64,000 nt of DNA from Squalus acanthias (taxonomy: Eukaryota), in assembly GCA_030390025.1 (NCBI GenBank), contig JASTWF010000035.1, positions 3,720,001 through 3,784,000 on the forward strand. The letters are read 5' to 3'. The notes beneath the pieces were generated by a model. That model searched no databases, was not told the origin of the DNA, and saw only the letters and a program-made list of their open reading frames with translations. Made by a program: the position numbers and the translations under genes. Every line of letters starts with the position of its first letter. Within the stretch, counting starts at the first letter, position 1. Shown piece after piece: positions 47,950-62,900 of the stretch.

Positions 47950-50900
47950 TTTATCTCACTGTGTTAGTGAGTGGGACTGTTATCTCACCGTGTTTAGTGA
48001 GTGGGTCTGTTATCTCACTGTGTTTAGTGAGTGGGACTGTTATCTCACTGTGTTAGTGAGTGGGTCTGTTATCTCACCGTGTTTAGTGAGTGGGACTGTT
48101 ATCTCACCGTGTTAGTGAGTGGGTCTGTTATCTCACTGTGTTTAGTGAGTGGGTCTGTTATCTCACTGTGTTAGTGAGTGGGACTGTTATCTCACTGTGT
48201 TTAGTGAGTGGGTCTGTTATCTCACTGTTTAGTGAGTGGGACTGTTATCTCACTGTGTTTAGTGAGTGGGTCTGTTATCTCACTGTGTTTAGTGAGTGGG
48301 ACTGTTATCTCACTGTGTTTAGTGAGTGGGTCTGTTATCTCACTGTGTTTAGTGAGTGGGTCTGTTATCTCACTGTGTTAGTGAGTGGGACTGTTATCTC
48401 ATTGTGTTTAGTGAGTGGGTCTGTTATCTCACTGTTTAGTGAGTGGGACTGTTATCTCACTGTGTTAGTGAGTGGGACTGTTATCTCACTGTGTTTAGTG
48501 AGTGGGACTGTTATCTCACTGTGTTTAGTGAGTGGGTCTGTTATCTCACTGTGTTTAGTGAGTGGGTCTGTTATCTCACTGTGTTAGTGAGTGGGTCTGT
48601 TATCTCACCGTGTTTAGTGAGTGGGTCTGTTATCTCACTGTGTTTAGTGAGTGGGTCTGTTATCTCACTGTGTTTAGTGAGTGGGACTGTTATCTCACTG
48701 TGTTTAGTGAGTGGGTCTGTTATCTCACTGTGTTAGTGAGTGGGTCTGTTATCTCACTGTGTTTAGTGAGTGGGTCTGTTATCTCACTGTGTTTAGTGAG
48801 TGGGTCTGTTATCTCACTGTGTTTAGTGAGTGGGTCTGTTATCTCACTGTGTTTAGTGAGTGGGTCTGTTATCTCACTGTGTTTAGTGAGTGGGTCTGTT
48901 ATCTCACTGTGTTTAGTGAGTGGGTCTGTTATCTCACTGTGTTTAGTGAGTGGGTCTGTTATCTCACTGTGTTTAGTGAGTGGGTCTGTTATCTCACTGT
49001 GTTTAGTGAGTGGGACTGTTATCTCACTGTGTTTGGTGACTGGGTCTGTTATCTCACTGTGTTTAGTGAGTGGGACTGTTATCTCACTGTGTTAGTGAGT
49101 GGGACTGTTATCTCACCGTGTTTAGTGAGTGGGTCTGTTATCTCACCGTGTTTAGTGAGTGGGTCTGTTATCTCACTGTGTTTAGTGAGTGGGTCTGTTA
49201 TCTCACTGTGTTTAGTGAGTGGGACTGTTATCTCACCGTGGTAGTGAGTGGGTCTGTTATCTCACTGTGTTTAGTGAGTGGGTCTGTTATCTCACTGTGT
49301 TAGTGAGTAGGTCTGTTATCTCACTGTGTTTAGTGAGTGGGACTGTTATCTCACTGTGTTTGGTGACTGGGTCTGTTATCTCACTGTGTTTAGTGAGTGG
49401 GACTGTTATCTCACCGTGTTTAGTGAGTGGGGCTGTTATCTCACTGTGTTTAGTGAGTGGGTCTGTTATCTCACCGTGTTTAGTGAGTCGGTCTGTTATC
49501 TCACCGTGTTAGTGAGTGGGTCTGTTATCTCACCGTGTTTAGAGAGTGGGACTGTTATCTCACCGTGTTAGTGAATGGGTCTGTTATCTCACTGTGTTTA
49601 GTGAGTGGGTCTGTTATCTCACCGTGTTTAGTGAGTGGGTCTGTTATCTCACTGTGTTAGTGAGTGGGACTGTTATCTCACTGTGTTTAGTGAGTGGGTC
49701 TGTTATCTCACTGTGTTAGTGAGTGGGTCTGTTATCTCACTGTGTTTAGTGAGTGGGTCTGTTATCTCACTGTGTTAGTGAGTGGGTCTGTTATCTCACT
49801 GTGTTTAGTGAGTGGGTCTGTTATCTCACTGTGTTTAGTGAGTGGGTCTGTTATCTCACTGTGTTAGTGAGTGGGTCTGTTATCTCACTGTGTTTAGTGA
49901 GTGGGACTGTTATCTCACTGTGTTTAGTGAGTGGGTCTGTTATCTCACTGTGTTTAGTGAGTGGGTCTGTTATCTCACTGTGTTTAGTGAGTGGGACTGT
50001 TATCTCACCGTGTTTAGAGAGTGGGTCTGTTATCTCACCGTGTTAGTGAGTGGGTCTGTTATCTCACCGTGTTCAGTGAGTGGGTCTGTTATCTCACCGT
50101 GTTTAGTGAGTGGGTCTGTTATCTCACCGTGTTTAGTGAGTGGGTCTGTTATCTCACTGTGTTTAGTGAGTGGGTCTGTTATCTCACTGTGTTTAGTGAG
50201 TGGGACTGTTATCTCACCGTGGTAGTGAGTGGGTCTGTTATCTCACTGTGTTTAGTGAGTGGGTCTGTTATCTCACTGTGTTAGTGAGTAGGTCTGTTAT
50301 CTCACTGTGTTTAGTGAGTGGGACTGTTATCTCACTGTGTTTAGTGAGTGGGACTGTTACCTCACCGTGTTTAGTGAGTGGGACTGTTATCTCACTGTGT
50401 TAGTGAGTGGGACTGTTATCTCACTGTGTTTAGTGAGTGGGTCTGTTATCTCACTGTGTTTGGTGAGTGGGTCTGTTATCTCACTGTGTTTAGTGAGTGG
50501 GACTGTTATCTCACTGTGTTTAGTGAGTGGGTCTGTTATCTCACTGTGTTTATTGAGTGGGTCTGTTATCTCACCGTGTTAGTGAGTGGGACTGTTATCT
50601 CACAGTGTTTAGTGAGTGGGTCTGTTATCTCACCGTGTTTAGTGAGTGGGACTGTTATCTCACTGTGTTTAGTGAGTGGGTCTGTTATCTCACCGTGTTA
50701 GTGAGTGGGACTGTTATCTCACTGTGTTTAGTGAGTGGGTCTGTTATCTCACTGTGTTTAGTGAGTGGGTCTGTTATCTCACCGTGTTTAGTGAGTGGGA
50801 CTGTTATCTCACTGTGTTTAGTGAGTGGGTCTGTTATCTCACTGTGTTTAGTGAGTGGGTCTGTTATCTCACCGTGTTTAGTGAGTGGGACTGTTATCTC

Positions 50901-53900
50901 ACTGTGTTTAGTGAGTGGGTCTGTTATCTCACTGTGTTTAGTGAGTGGGTCTGTTATCTCACTGTGTTTAGTGAGTGGGTCTGTTATCTCACTGTGTTTA
51001 GTGAGTGGGTCTGTTATCTCACTGTGTTTAGTGAGTGGGTCTGTTATCTCACTGTGTTTAGTGAGTGGGTCTGTTATCTCACTGTGTTAGTGAGTGGGTC
51101 TGTTATCTCACTGTGTTTAGTGAGTGGGTCTGTTATCTCACTGTGTTTGGTGAGTGGGACTGTTATCTCACTCTGTTTAGTGAGTGGGTCTGTTATCTCA
51201 CTGTGTTTAGTGAGTGGGTCTGTTATCTCACTGTGTTTAGTGAGTGGGTCTGTTATCTCACTGTGTTTAGTGAGTGGGACTGTTGTCTCACTGTGTTTAG
51301 TGAGTGGGCTGTTATCTCACCGTGTTTAGTGAGTCGGTCTGTTATCTCACTGTTTGGTGAGTGGGTCTGTTATCTCACTGTGTTTAGTGAGTGGGACTGT
51401 TATCTCACTGTGTTTAGTGAGTTGGTCTGTTATCTCACTGTGTTTGGTGAGTGGGTCTGTTATCTCACTGTGTTAGTGAGTGGGACTGTTATCTCACCGT
51501 GTTAGTGAGTGGGTCTGTTATCTCACTGTGTTTAGTGAGTGGGACTGTTATCTCACCGTGTTTAGTGAGTGGGTCTGTTATCTCACTGTGTTTAGTGAGT
51601 GGGTCTGTTATCTCACTGTGTTTAGTGAGTGGGTCTGTTATCTCACCGTGTTTAGTGAGTGGGACTGTTATCTCACTGTGTTTGGTGAGTGGGTCTGTTA
51701 TCTCACTGTGTTTGATGAGTGGGTCTGTTATCTCACTGTTTAGTGAGTGGGTCTGTTATCTCACTGTGTTTGGTGAGTGGGTCCGTTATCTCACTGTGTT
51801 TGGTGAGTGGGTCCGTTATCTCACTGTGTTTGGTGAGTGGGTCTGTTATCTCACCGTGTTTAGTGAGTCGGTCTGTTATCTCACTGTGTTTAGTGAGTGG
51901 GTCTGTTATCTCACCGTGTTTAGTGAGTGGGTCTGTTATCTCACCATGTTAGTGAGTGGGTCTGTTATCTCACTGTGTTTGGAAGTGGGTCTGTTATCTC
52001 ACTGTTTAGTGAGTGGGTCTGTTATCTCACTGTTTAGTGAGTGGGTCGGTTATCTCACCGTGTTTAGTGAGTGGGTCTGTTATCTCACTGTGTTTAGTGA
52101 GTGGGACTGTTTTCTCACTGTGTTTAGTGAGTGGGTCTGTTATCTCACTGTGTTTAGTGAGTGGGTCTGTTATCTCACCGTGTTTAGTGAGTGGGTCTGT
52201 TATCTCACTGCGTTTGATGAGTGGGTCTGTTATCTCACTGTGTTTAGTGAGTGGGTCTGTTATCTCACCGTGTTTACTGAGTGGGTCTGTTATCTCACTG
52301 TGTTTAGTGAGTGGGTCTGTTATCTCACTGTGTTTAGTGAGTGGGACTGTTATCTCACTGTGTTTAGTGAGTGGGACTGTTATCTCACTGTGTTAGTGAG
52401 TGGGTCTGTTATCTCACTGTTTGGTGAGTGGGTCTGTTATCTCACTGTGTTTAGTGAGTGGGTCTGTTATCTCACTGTGTTTAGTGAGTGGGACTGTTAT
52501 CTCACTGTGTTAGTGAGTGGGTCTGTTATCTCACTGTTTGGTGAGTGGGTCTGTTATCTCACTGTGTTTAGTGAGTGGGTCTGTTATCTCACTGTGTTTA
52601 GTGAGTGGGTCTGTTATCTCACTGTGTTTAGTGAGTGGGTCTGTTATCTCACTGTGTTTAGTGAGTGGGTCTGTTATCTCACTGTGTAGGGGACTGTTAT
52701 CTCACTGTGTTAGTGAGTGGGACTGTTATCTCACTGTGTTTAGTGAGTGGGACTGTTATCTCACCGTGTTTAGTGAGTGGGTCTGTTATCTCACCGTGTT
52801 TAGTGAGTGGGTCTGTTATCTCACCGTGTTTGGTGAGTGGGACTGTTATCTCACTGTGTTAGTGAGTGGGACTGTTAACTCACTGTGTTTAGTGAGTGGG
52901 TCTGTTATCTCACTGTGTTAGTGAGTGGGACTGTTATCTCACTGTGTTAGTGAGTGGGACTTTTATCTCACTGTGTTTAGTGAGTGGGACTGTTATCTCA
53001 CTGTGTTTAGTGAGTGGGTCTGTTATCTCACTGTGTTTAGTGAGTGGGACTGTTATCTCACTGTGTTAGTGAGTGGGTCTGTTATCTCACTGTGTTTGGT
53101 GAGTGGGTCTGTTATCTCACTGTGTTTAGTGAGTGGGTCTGTTATCTCACTGTGTTTAGTGAGTGGGACTGTTATCTCACTGTGTTTAGTGAGTGGGACT
53201 GTTATCTCACTGTGTTTAGTGAGTGGGTCTGTTATCTCACTGTGTTAGTGAGTGGGTCTGTTATCTCACTGTGTTTAGTGAGTGGGTCTGTTATCTCACT
53301 GTGTTAGTGAGTGGGTCTGTTATCTCACTGTGTTTAGTGAGTGGGTCTGTTATCTCACTGTGTTTAGTGAGTGGGACTGTTATCTCACTGTGTTAGTGAG
53401 TGGGTCTGTTATCTCACTGTGTTTGGTGAGTGGGTCTGTTATCTCACTGTGTTTAGTGAGTGGGTCTGTTATCTCACTGTGTTAGTGAGTGGGTCTGTTA
53501 TCTCACTGTGTTTAGTGAGTGGGACTGTTATCTCACTGTGTTAGTGAGTGGGTCTGTTATCTCACTGTGTTAGTGAGTGGGTCTGTTATCTCACTGTGTT
53601 TAGTGAGTGGGACTGTTATCTCACTGTGTTTAGTGAGTGGGACTGTTATCTCACCGTGTTTAGTGAGTGGGTCTGTTATCTCACTGTGTTTAGTGAGTGG
53701 GACTGTTATCTCACCGTGTTAGTGAGTGGGTCTGTTATCTCACCGTGTTTAGTGAGTGGGTCTGTTATCTCACTGTGTTTAGTGAGTGGGTCTGTTATCT
53801 CACCGTGTTTAGTGAGTGGGTCTGTTATCTCACTGTGTTTAGTGAGTGGGTCTGTTATCTCACTGTGTTTAGTGAGTGGGTCTGTTATCTCACCGTGTTT

Positions 53901-56900
53901 AGTGAGTGGGACTGTTATCTCACTGTGTTTGATGAGTGGGTCTGTTATCTCACTGTTTAGTGAGTGGGTCTGTTATCTCACTGTGTTTAGTGAGTGGGTC
54001 TGTTATCTCACTGTGTTTGGTGAGTGGGTCTGTTATCTCACCGTGTTTAGTGAGTCGGTCTGTTATCTCACTGTGTTTAGTGAGTGGGTCTGTTATCTCA
54101 CCGTGTTTAGTGAGTGGGTCTGTTATCTCACTGTGTTTAGTGAGTGGGTCTGTTATCTCACCATGTTAGTGAGTGGGTCTGTTATCTCACTGTGTTTGGA
54201 AGTGGGTCTGTTATCTCACTGTGTTTAGTGAGTGGGTCTGTTATCTCACTGTTTAGTGAGTGGGTCTGTTATCTCACTGTTTAGTGAGTGGGTCGGTTAT
54301 CTCACCGTGTTTAGTGAGTGGTCTGTTATCTCACTGTGTTTAGTGAGTGGGTCTGTTTTCTCACTGTGTTTTAGTGAGTGGGTCTGTTATCTCACTGTGT
54401 TTAGTGAGTGGGTCTGTTATCTCACCGTGTTTAGTGAGTGGGTCTGTTATCTCACTGTGTTAGTGAGTGGGTCTGTTATCTCACTGTGTTTAGTGAGTGG
54501 GTCTGTTATCTCACTGTGTTTAGTGAGTGGGTCTGTTATCTCACTGTGTTTAGTGAGTGGGTCTGTTATCTCACTGTGTTTAGTGAGTGGGACTGTTATC
54601 TCACTGTGTTTAGTGAGTGGGTCTGTTATCTCACTGTGTTTAGTGAGTGGGACTGTTATCTCACTGTGTTAGTGAGTGGGTCTGTTATCTCACTGTTTGG
54701 TGAGTGGGTCTGTTATCTCACTGTGTTTAGTGAGTGGGTCTGTTATCTCACTGTGTTAGTGAGTGGGACTGTTATCTCACTGTGTTAGTGAGTGGGTCTG
54801 TTATCTCACTGTTTGGTGAGTGGGTCTGTTATCTCACTGTGTTTAGTGAGTGGGTCTGTTATCTCACTGTGTTTAGTGAGTGGGTCTGTTATCTCACTGT
54901 GTTTAGTGAGTGGGTCTGTTATCTCACTGTGTTTAGTGAGTGGGTCTGTTATCTCACTGTGTTAGTGAGTGGGACTGTTATCTCACTGTGTTAGTGAGTG
55001 GGACTGTTATCTCACTGTGTTTAGTGAGTGGGACTGTTATCTCACCGTGTTTAGTGAGTGGGTCTGTTATCTCACCTGTGTTTAGTGAGTGGGTCTGTTA
55101 TCTCACCTGTGTTTAGTGAGTGGGACTGTTATCTCACGTGTTAGTGAGTGGGACTGTTATCTCACTGTGTTTAGTGAGTGGGACTGTTATCTCACTGTGT
55201 TAGTGAGTGGGTCTGTTATCTCACTGTGTTTAGTGAGTGGGACTGTTATCTCACTGTGTTTAGTGAGTGGGTCTGTTATCTCACTGTGTTTAGTGAGTGG
55301 GTCTGTTATCTCACTGTGTTTAGTGAGTGGGACTGTTATCTCACTGTGTTAGTGAGTGGGTCTGTTATCTCACTGTGTTTAGTGAGTGGGACTGTTATCT
55401 CACTGTGTTAGTGAGTGGGTCTGTTATCTCACTGTGTTTAGTGAGTGGGTCTGTTATCTCACCTGTGTTTAGTGAGTGGGTCTGTTATCTCACTGTGTTT
55501 AGTGAGTGGGACTGTTATCTCACTGTGTTTAGTGAGTGGGTCTGTTATCTCACTGTGTTTAGTGAGTGGGTCTGTTATCTCACCGTGTTTAGTGAGTGGG
55601 TCTGTTATCTCACTGTGTTTAGTGAGTGGGTCTGTTATCTCACTGTGTTAGTGAGTGGGTCTGTTATCTCACTGTGTTTAGTGAGTGGGTCTGTTATCTC
55701 ACTGTGTTAGTGAGTGGGTCTGTTATCTCACTGTGTTTAGTGAGTGGGACTGTTATCTCACTGTGTTTAGTGAGTGGGTCTGTTATCTCACGTGTTTAGT
55801 GAGTGGGTCTGTTATCTCACTGTGTTTAGTGAGTGGGTCTGTTATCTCACTGTGTTTAGTGAGTGGGTCTGTTATCTCACTGTGTTTAGTGAGTGGGTCT
55901 GTTATCTCACTGTGTTTAGTGAGTGGGTCTGTTATCTCACCGTGTTTAGTGAGTGGGTCTGTTATCTCACTGTGTTTAGTGAGTGGGTCTGTTATCTCAC
56001 CGTGTTTAGTGAGTGGGTCTGTTATCTCACTGTGTTTAGTGAGTGGGTCTGTTATCTCACCGTGTTTAGTGAGTGGGTCTGTTATCTCACTGTGTTTAGT
56101 GAGTGGGTCTGTTATCTCACTGTGTTTAGTGAGTGGGACTGTTATCTCACCGTGTTTAGTGAGTGGGTCTGTTATCTCACTGTGTTTAGTGAGTGGGTCT
56201 GTTATCTCACTGTGTTTAGTGAGTGGGTCTGTTATCTCACTGTGTTTAGTGAGTGGGTCTGTTATCTCACTGTGTTTAGTGAGTGGGTCTGTTATCTCAC
56301 TGTGTTTAGTGAGTGGGTCTGTTATCTCACTGTGTTTAGTGAGTGGGTCTGTTATCTCACTGTGTTTAGTGAGTGGGTCTGTTATCTCACTGTGTTTAGT
56401 GAGTGGGTCTGTTATCTCACTGTGTTTAGTGAGTGGGTCTGTTATCTCACTGTGTTTAGTGAGTGGGTCTGTTATCTCACTGTGTTTAGTGAGTGGGTCT
56501 GTTATCTCACTGTGTTTAGTGAGTGGGTCTGTTATCTCACTGTGTTTAGTGAGTGGGTCTGTTATCTCACTGTGTTAGTGAGTGGGTCTGTTATCTCACT
56601 GTGTTTAGTGAGTGGGTCTGTTATCTCACTGTGTTTAGTGAGTGGGTCTGTTATCTCACTGTGTTTAGTGAGTGGGTCTGTTATCTCACTGTGTTTAGTG
56701 AGTGGGTCTGTTATCTCACTGTGTTAGTGAGTGGGTCTGTTATCTCACTGTGTTTAGTGAGTGGGTCTGTTATCTCACTGTGTTAGTGAGTGGGTCTGTT
56801 ATCTCACTGTGTTTAGTGAGTGGGTCTGTTATCTCACTGTGTTTAGTGAGTGGGTCTGTTATCTCACTGTGTTTAGTGAGTGGGTCTGTTATCTCACCGT

Positions 56901-59900
56901 GTTTAGTGAGTGGGTCTGTTATCTCACTGTGTTTAGTGAGTGGGACTGTTATCTCACTGTGTTTAGTGAGTGGGTCTGTTATCTCACTGTGTTTAGTGAG
57001 TGGGTCTGTTATCTCACTGTGTTTAGTGAGTGGGTCTGTTATCTCACTGTGTTAGTGAGTGGGTCTGTTATCTCACTGTGTTTAGTGAGTGGGTCTGTTA
57101 TCTCACTGTGTTTAGTGAGTGGGTCTGTTATCTCACAGTGTTTAGTGAGTGGGTCTGTTATCTCACTGTGTTTAGTGAGTGGGACTGTTATCTCACTGTG
57201 TTTAGTGAGTGGGTCTGTTATCTCACTGTGTTTAGTGAGTGGGTCTGTTATCTCACTGTGTTTAGTGAGTGGGTCTGTTATCTCACTGTGTTTAGTGAGT
57301 GGGTCTGTTATCTCACTGTGTTTAGTGAGTGGGTCTGTTATCTCACTGTGTTTAGTGAGTGGGACTGTTATCTCACTGTGTTAGTGAGTGGGTCTGTTAT
57401 CTCACGTGTTAGTGAGTGGGTCTGTTATCTCACTGTGTTTAGTGAGTGGGTCTGTTATCTCACTGTGTTTAGTGAGTGGGTCTGTTATCTCACTGTGTTT
57501 AGTGAGTGGGTCTGTTATCTCACTGTGTTTAGTGAGTGGGTCTGTTATCTCACTGTGTTTAGTGAGTGGGACTGTTATCTCACTGTGTTAGTGAGTGGGT
57601 CTGTTATCTCACTGTGTTAGTGAGTGGGACTGTTATCTCACTGTGTTTAGTGAGTGGGTCTGTTATCTCACCGTGTTTAGTGAGTGGGTCTGTTATCTCA
57701 CCTGTGTTTAGTGAGTGGGTCTGTTATCTCACTGTGTTTAGTGAGTGGGACTGTTATCTCACTGTGTTAGTGAGTGGGTCTGTTATCTCACTGTGTTTAG
57801 TGAGTGGGTCTGTTATCTCACTGTGTTTAGTGAGTGGGACTGTTATCTCACTGTGTTAGTGAGTGGGACTGTTATCTCACTGTGTTTAGTGAGTGGGACT
57901 GTTATCTCACCGTGTTTAGTGAGTGGGTCTGTTATCTCACTGTGTTTAGTGAGTGGGTCTGTTATCTCACTGTGTTTGTGAGTGGGTCTGTTATCTCACT
58001 GTGTTTAGTGAGTGGGTCTGTTATCTCACTGTGTTTAGTGAGTGGGACTGTTATCTCACTGTGTTAGTGAGTGGGACTGTTATCTCACTGTGTTTAGTGA
58101 GTGGGTCTGTTATCTCACTGTGTTTAGTGAGTGGGTCTGTTATCTCACTGTGTTTAGTGAGTGGGTCTGTTATCTCACTGTGTTTAGTGAGTGGGTCTGT
58201 TATCTCACTGTGTTTAGTGAGTGGGTCTGTTATCTCACTGTGTTTAGTGAGTGGGACTGTTATCTCACTGTGTTTAGTGAGTGGGTCTGTTATCTCACCT
58301 GTGTTTAGTGAGTGGGTCTGTTATCTCACTGTGTTTAGTGAGTGGGTCTGTTATCTCACTGTGTTTAGTGAGTGGGTCTGTTATCTCACTGTGTTTAGTG
58401 AGTGGGTCTGTTATCTCACTGTGTTTAGTGAGTGGGTCTGTTATCTCACTGTGTTTAGTGAGTGGGTCTGTTATCTCACTGTGTTAGTGAGTGGGTCTGT
58501 TATCTCACTGTGTTTAGTGAGTGGGTCTGTTATCTCACTGTGTTTAGTGAGTGGGTCTGTTATCTCACTGTGTTTAGTGAGTGGGTCTGTTATCTCACTG
58601 TGTTTAGTGAGTGGGTCTGTTATCTCACTGTGTTTAGTGAGTGGGACTGTTATCTCACTGTGTTTAGTGAGTGGGTCTGTTATCTCACTGTGTTTAGTGA
58701 GTGGGACTGTTATCTCACTGTGTTTAGTGAGTGGGTCTGTTATCTCACTGTGTTTAGTGAGTGGGTCTGTTATCTCACCGTGTTAGTGAGTGGGTCTGTT
58801 ATCTCACTGTGTTTAGTGAGTGGGACTGTTATCTCACCGTGTTAGTGAGTGGGTCTGTTATCTCACTGTGTTTAGTGAGTGGGTCTGTTATCTCACCGTG
58901 TTTAGTGAGTGGGTCTGTTATCTCACTGTGTTTAGTGAGTGGGTCTGTTATCTCACTGTGTTTAGTGAGTGGGTCTGTTATCTCACTGTGTTTAGTGAGT
59001 GGGACTGTTATCTCACCGTGTTTAGTGAGTGGGTCTGTTATCTCACTGTGTTTAGTGAGTGGGTCTGTTATCTCACTGTGTTTAGTGAGTGGGTCTGTTA
59101 TCTCACTGTGTTTAGTGAGTGGGTCTGTTATCTCACCGTGTTTAGTGAGTGGGTCTGTTATCTCACTGTGTTTAGTGAGTGGGACTGTTATCTCACTGTG
59201 TTTAGTGAGTGGGTCTGTTATCTCACTGTGTTTAGTGAGTGGGACTGTTATCTCACTGTGTTTAGTGAGTGGGACTGTTATCTCACTGTGTTTAGTGAGT
59301 GGGTCTGTTATCTCACTGTGTTTAGTGAGTGGGTCTGTTATCTCACTGTGTTTAGTGAGTGGGTCTGTTATCTCACTGTGTTTAGTGAGTGGGACTGTTA
59401 TCTCACTGTGTTAGTGAGTGGGACTGTTATCTCACTGTGTTTAGTGAGTGGGTCTGTTATCTCACTGTGTTAGTGAGTGGGTCTGTTATCTCACTGTGTT
59501 TAGTGAGTGGGTCTGTTATCTCACTGTGTTTAGTGAGTGGGTCTGTTATCTCACTGTGTTAGTGAGTGGGTCTGTTATCTCACTGTGTTTAGTGAGTGGG
59601 TCTGTTATCTCACTGTGTTTAGTGAGTGGGTCTGTTATCTCACTGTGTTTAGTGAGTGGGACTGTTATCTCACTGTGTTTAGTGAGTGGGTCTGTTATCT
59701 CACTGTGTTAGTGAGTGGGTCTGTTATCTCACTGTGTTAGTGAGTGGGTCTGTTATCTCACCGTGTTAGTGAGTGGGTCTGTTATCTCACTGTGTTTAGT
59801 GAGTGGGTCTGTTATCTCACTGTGTTTAGTGAGTGGGTCTGTTATCTCACTGTGTTTAGTGAGTGGGACTGTTATCTCACTGTGTTTAGTGAGTGGGTCT

Positions 59901-62900
59901 GTTATCTCACTGTGTTTAGTGAGTGGGTCTGTTATCTCACTGTGTTTAGTGAGTGGGACTGTTATCTCACTGTGTTTAGTGAGTGGGTCTGTTATCTCAC
60001 TGTGTTTAGTGAGTGGGACTGTTATCTCACTGTGTTTAGTGAGTGGGTCTGTTATCTCACTGTGTTTAGTGAGTGGGACTGTTATCTCACTGTGTTTAGT
60101 GAGTGGGTCTGTTATCTCACTGTGTTTAGTGAGTGGGTCTGTTATCTCACTGTGTTTAGTGAGTGGGTCTGTTATCTCACCTGTGTTTAGTGAGTGGGTC
60201 TGTTATCTCACTGTGTTTAGTGAGTGGGGTCTGTTATCTCACTGTGTTTAGTGAGTGGGTCTGTTATCTCACTGTGTTTAGTGAGTGGGTCTGTTATCTC
60301 ACTGTGTTTAGTGAGTGGGACTGTTATCTCACTGTGTTTGGTGAGTGGGACTGTTATCTCACTGTGTTTAGTGAGTGGGTCTGTTATCTCACTGTGTTAG
60401 TGAGTGGGACTGTTATCTCACTGTGTTTAGTGAGTGGGTCTGTTATCTCACTGTGTTTAGTGAGTGGGACTGTTATCTCACTGTGTTTAGTGAGTGGGTC
60501 TGTTATCTCACTGTGTTTAGTGAGTGGGTCTGTTATCTCACTGTGTTTAGTGAGTGGGTCTGTTATCTCACTGTGTTAGTGAGTGGGACTGTTATCTCAC
60601 TGTGTTTAGTGAGTGGGTCTGTTATCTCACCGTGTTTGTGAGTGGGTCTGTTATCTCACTGGTTTAGTGAGTGGGTCTGTTATCTCACTGTGTTTAGTGA
60701 GTGGGTCTGTTATCTCACTGTGTTTAGTGAGTGGGTCTGTTATCTCACTGTGTTTAGTGAGTGGGTCTGTTATCTCACTGTGTTAGTGAGTGGGTCTGTT
60801 ATCTCACTGTGTTTAGTGAGTGGGACTGTTATCTCACTGTGTTTAGTGAGTGGGTCTGTTATCTCACCTGTGTTTAGTGAGTGGGTCTGTTATCTCACTG
60901 TGTTTAGTGAGTGGGTCTGTTATCTCACTGTGTTTAGTGAGTGGGTCCTGTTATCTCACTGTGTTTTAGTGAGTGGGACTGTTATCTCACTGTGTTTAGT
61001 GAGTGGGTCTGTTATCTCACTGTGTTTAGTGAGTGGGTCTGTTATCTCACCGTGTTTAGTGAGTGGGTCTGTTATCTCACTGTGTTTAGTGAGTGGGTCT
61101 GTTATCTCACTGTGTTAGTGAGTGGGTCTGTTATCTCACTGTGTTTAGTGAGTGGGTCTGTTATCTCACTGTGTTAGTGAGTGGGTCTGTTATCTCACTG
61201 TGTTTAGTGAGTGGGTCTGTTATCTCACTGTGTTTAGTGAGTGGGTCTGTTATCTCACTGTGTTTAGTGAGTGGGTCTGTTATCTCACTGTGTTAGTGAG
61301 TGGGTCTGTTATCTCACTGTGTTTAGTGAGTGGGACTGTTATCTCACTGTGTTTAGTGAGTGGGTCTGTTATCTCACTGTTTAGTGAGTGGGTCTGTTAT
61401 CTCACTGTGTTTAGTGAGTGGGTCTGTTATCTCACTGTGTTTAGTGAGTGGGTCTGTTATCTCACTGTGTTAGTGAGTGGGTCTGTTATCTCACCTGTGT
61501 TTAGTGAGTGGGTCTGTTATCTCACTGTGTTTAGTGAGTGGGACTGTTATCTCACTGTGTTTAGTGAGTGGGACTGTTATCTCACTGTGTTAGTGAGTGG
61601 GTCTGTTATCTCACTGTGTTTAGTGAGTGGGTCTGTTATCTCACTGTGTTTAGTGAGTGGGTCTGTTATCTCACTGTGTTTAGTGAGTGGGTCTGTTATC
61701 TCACCGTGTTAGTGAGTGGGTCTGTTATCTCACTGTGTTTAGTGAGTGGGACTGTTATCTCACCGTGTTAGTGAGTGGGTCTGTTATCTAACTGTGTTTA
61801 GTGAGTGGGACTGTTATCTCACCGTGTTTAGTGAGTGGGTCTGTTATCTCACTGTGTTTAGTGAGTGGGTCTGTTATCTCACCGTGTTTAGTGAGTGGGT
61901 CTGTTATCTCACTGTGTTTAGTGAGTGGGACTGTTATCTCACCGTGTTTAGTGAGTGGGTCTGTTATCTCACTGTGTTTAGTGAGTGGGTCTGTTATCTC
62001 ACTGTGTATAGTGAGTGGGTCTGTTATCTCACTGTGTTAGTGAGTGGGTCTGTTATCTCACCGTGTTTAGTGAGTGGGTCTGTTATCTCACTGTGTTTAG
62101 TGAGTGGGACTGTTATCTCACTGTGTTTAGTGAGTGGGACTGTTATCTCACCTGTGTTTAGTGAGTGGGTCTGTTATCTCACCTGTGTTTAGTGAGTGGG
62201 ACTGTTATCTCACCTGTGTTAGTGAGTGGGACTGTTATCTCACTATCTTTGGTGAGTGGGACTGTTATCTCACTGTGTTTAGTGAGTGGGTCTGTTATCT
62301 CACTGTGTTTGGTGAGTGGGACTGTTATCTCACTGTTTAGTGAGTGGGACTGTTATCTCACTGTGTTAGGTGAGTGGGTCTGTTATCTCACTGTGTTTAG
62401 TGAGTGGGTCTGTTATCTCACTGTGTTAGTGAGTGGGTCTGTTATCTCACTGTGTTAGTGAGTGGGTCTGTTATCTCACTGTTTAGTGAGTGGGTCTGTT
62501 TTCTCACTGTGTTTGGTGAGTGGGTCTGTTATCTCACTGTGTTTGGTGAGTGGGACTGTTATCTCACTGTTTAGTGAGTGGGACTGTTATCTCACTGTGT
62601 TTAGTGAGTGGGTCTGTTATCTCACTGTGTTAGTGAGTGGGTCTGTTATCTCACCGTGTTAGTGAGTGGGTCTGTTATCTCACTGTGTTTAGTGAGTGGG
62701 TCTGTTATCTCACTGTGTTTAGTGAGTGGGTCTGTTATCTCACTGTGTTTAGTGAGTGGGTCTGTTATCTCACTGTGTTTGGTGAGTGGGACTGTTATCT
62801 CACTGTGTTTAGTGAGTGGGACTGTTATCTCACTGTGTTTAGTGAGTGGGTCTGTTATCTCACTGTGTTTAGTGAGTGGGACTGTTATCTCACTGTGTTT

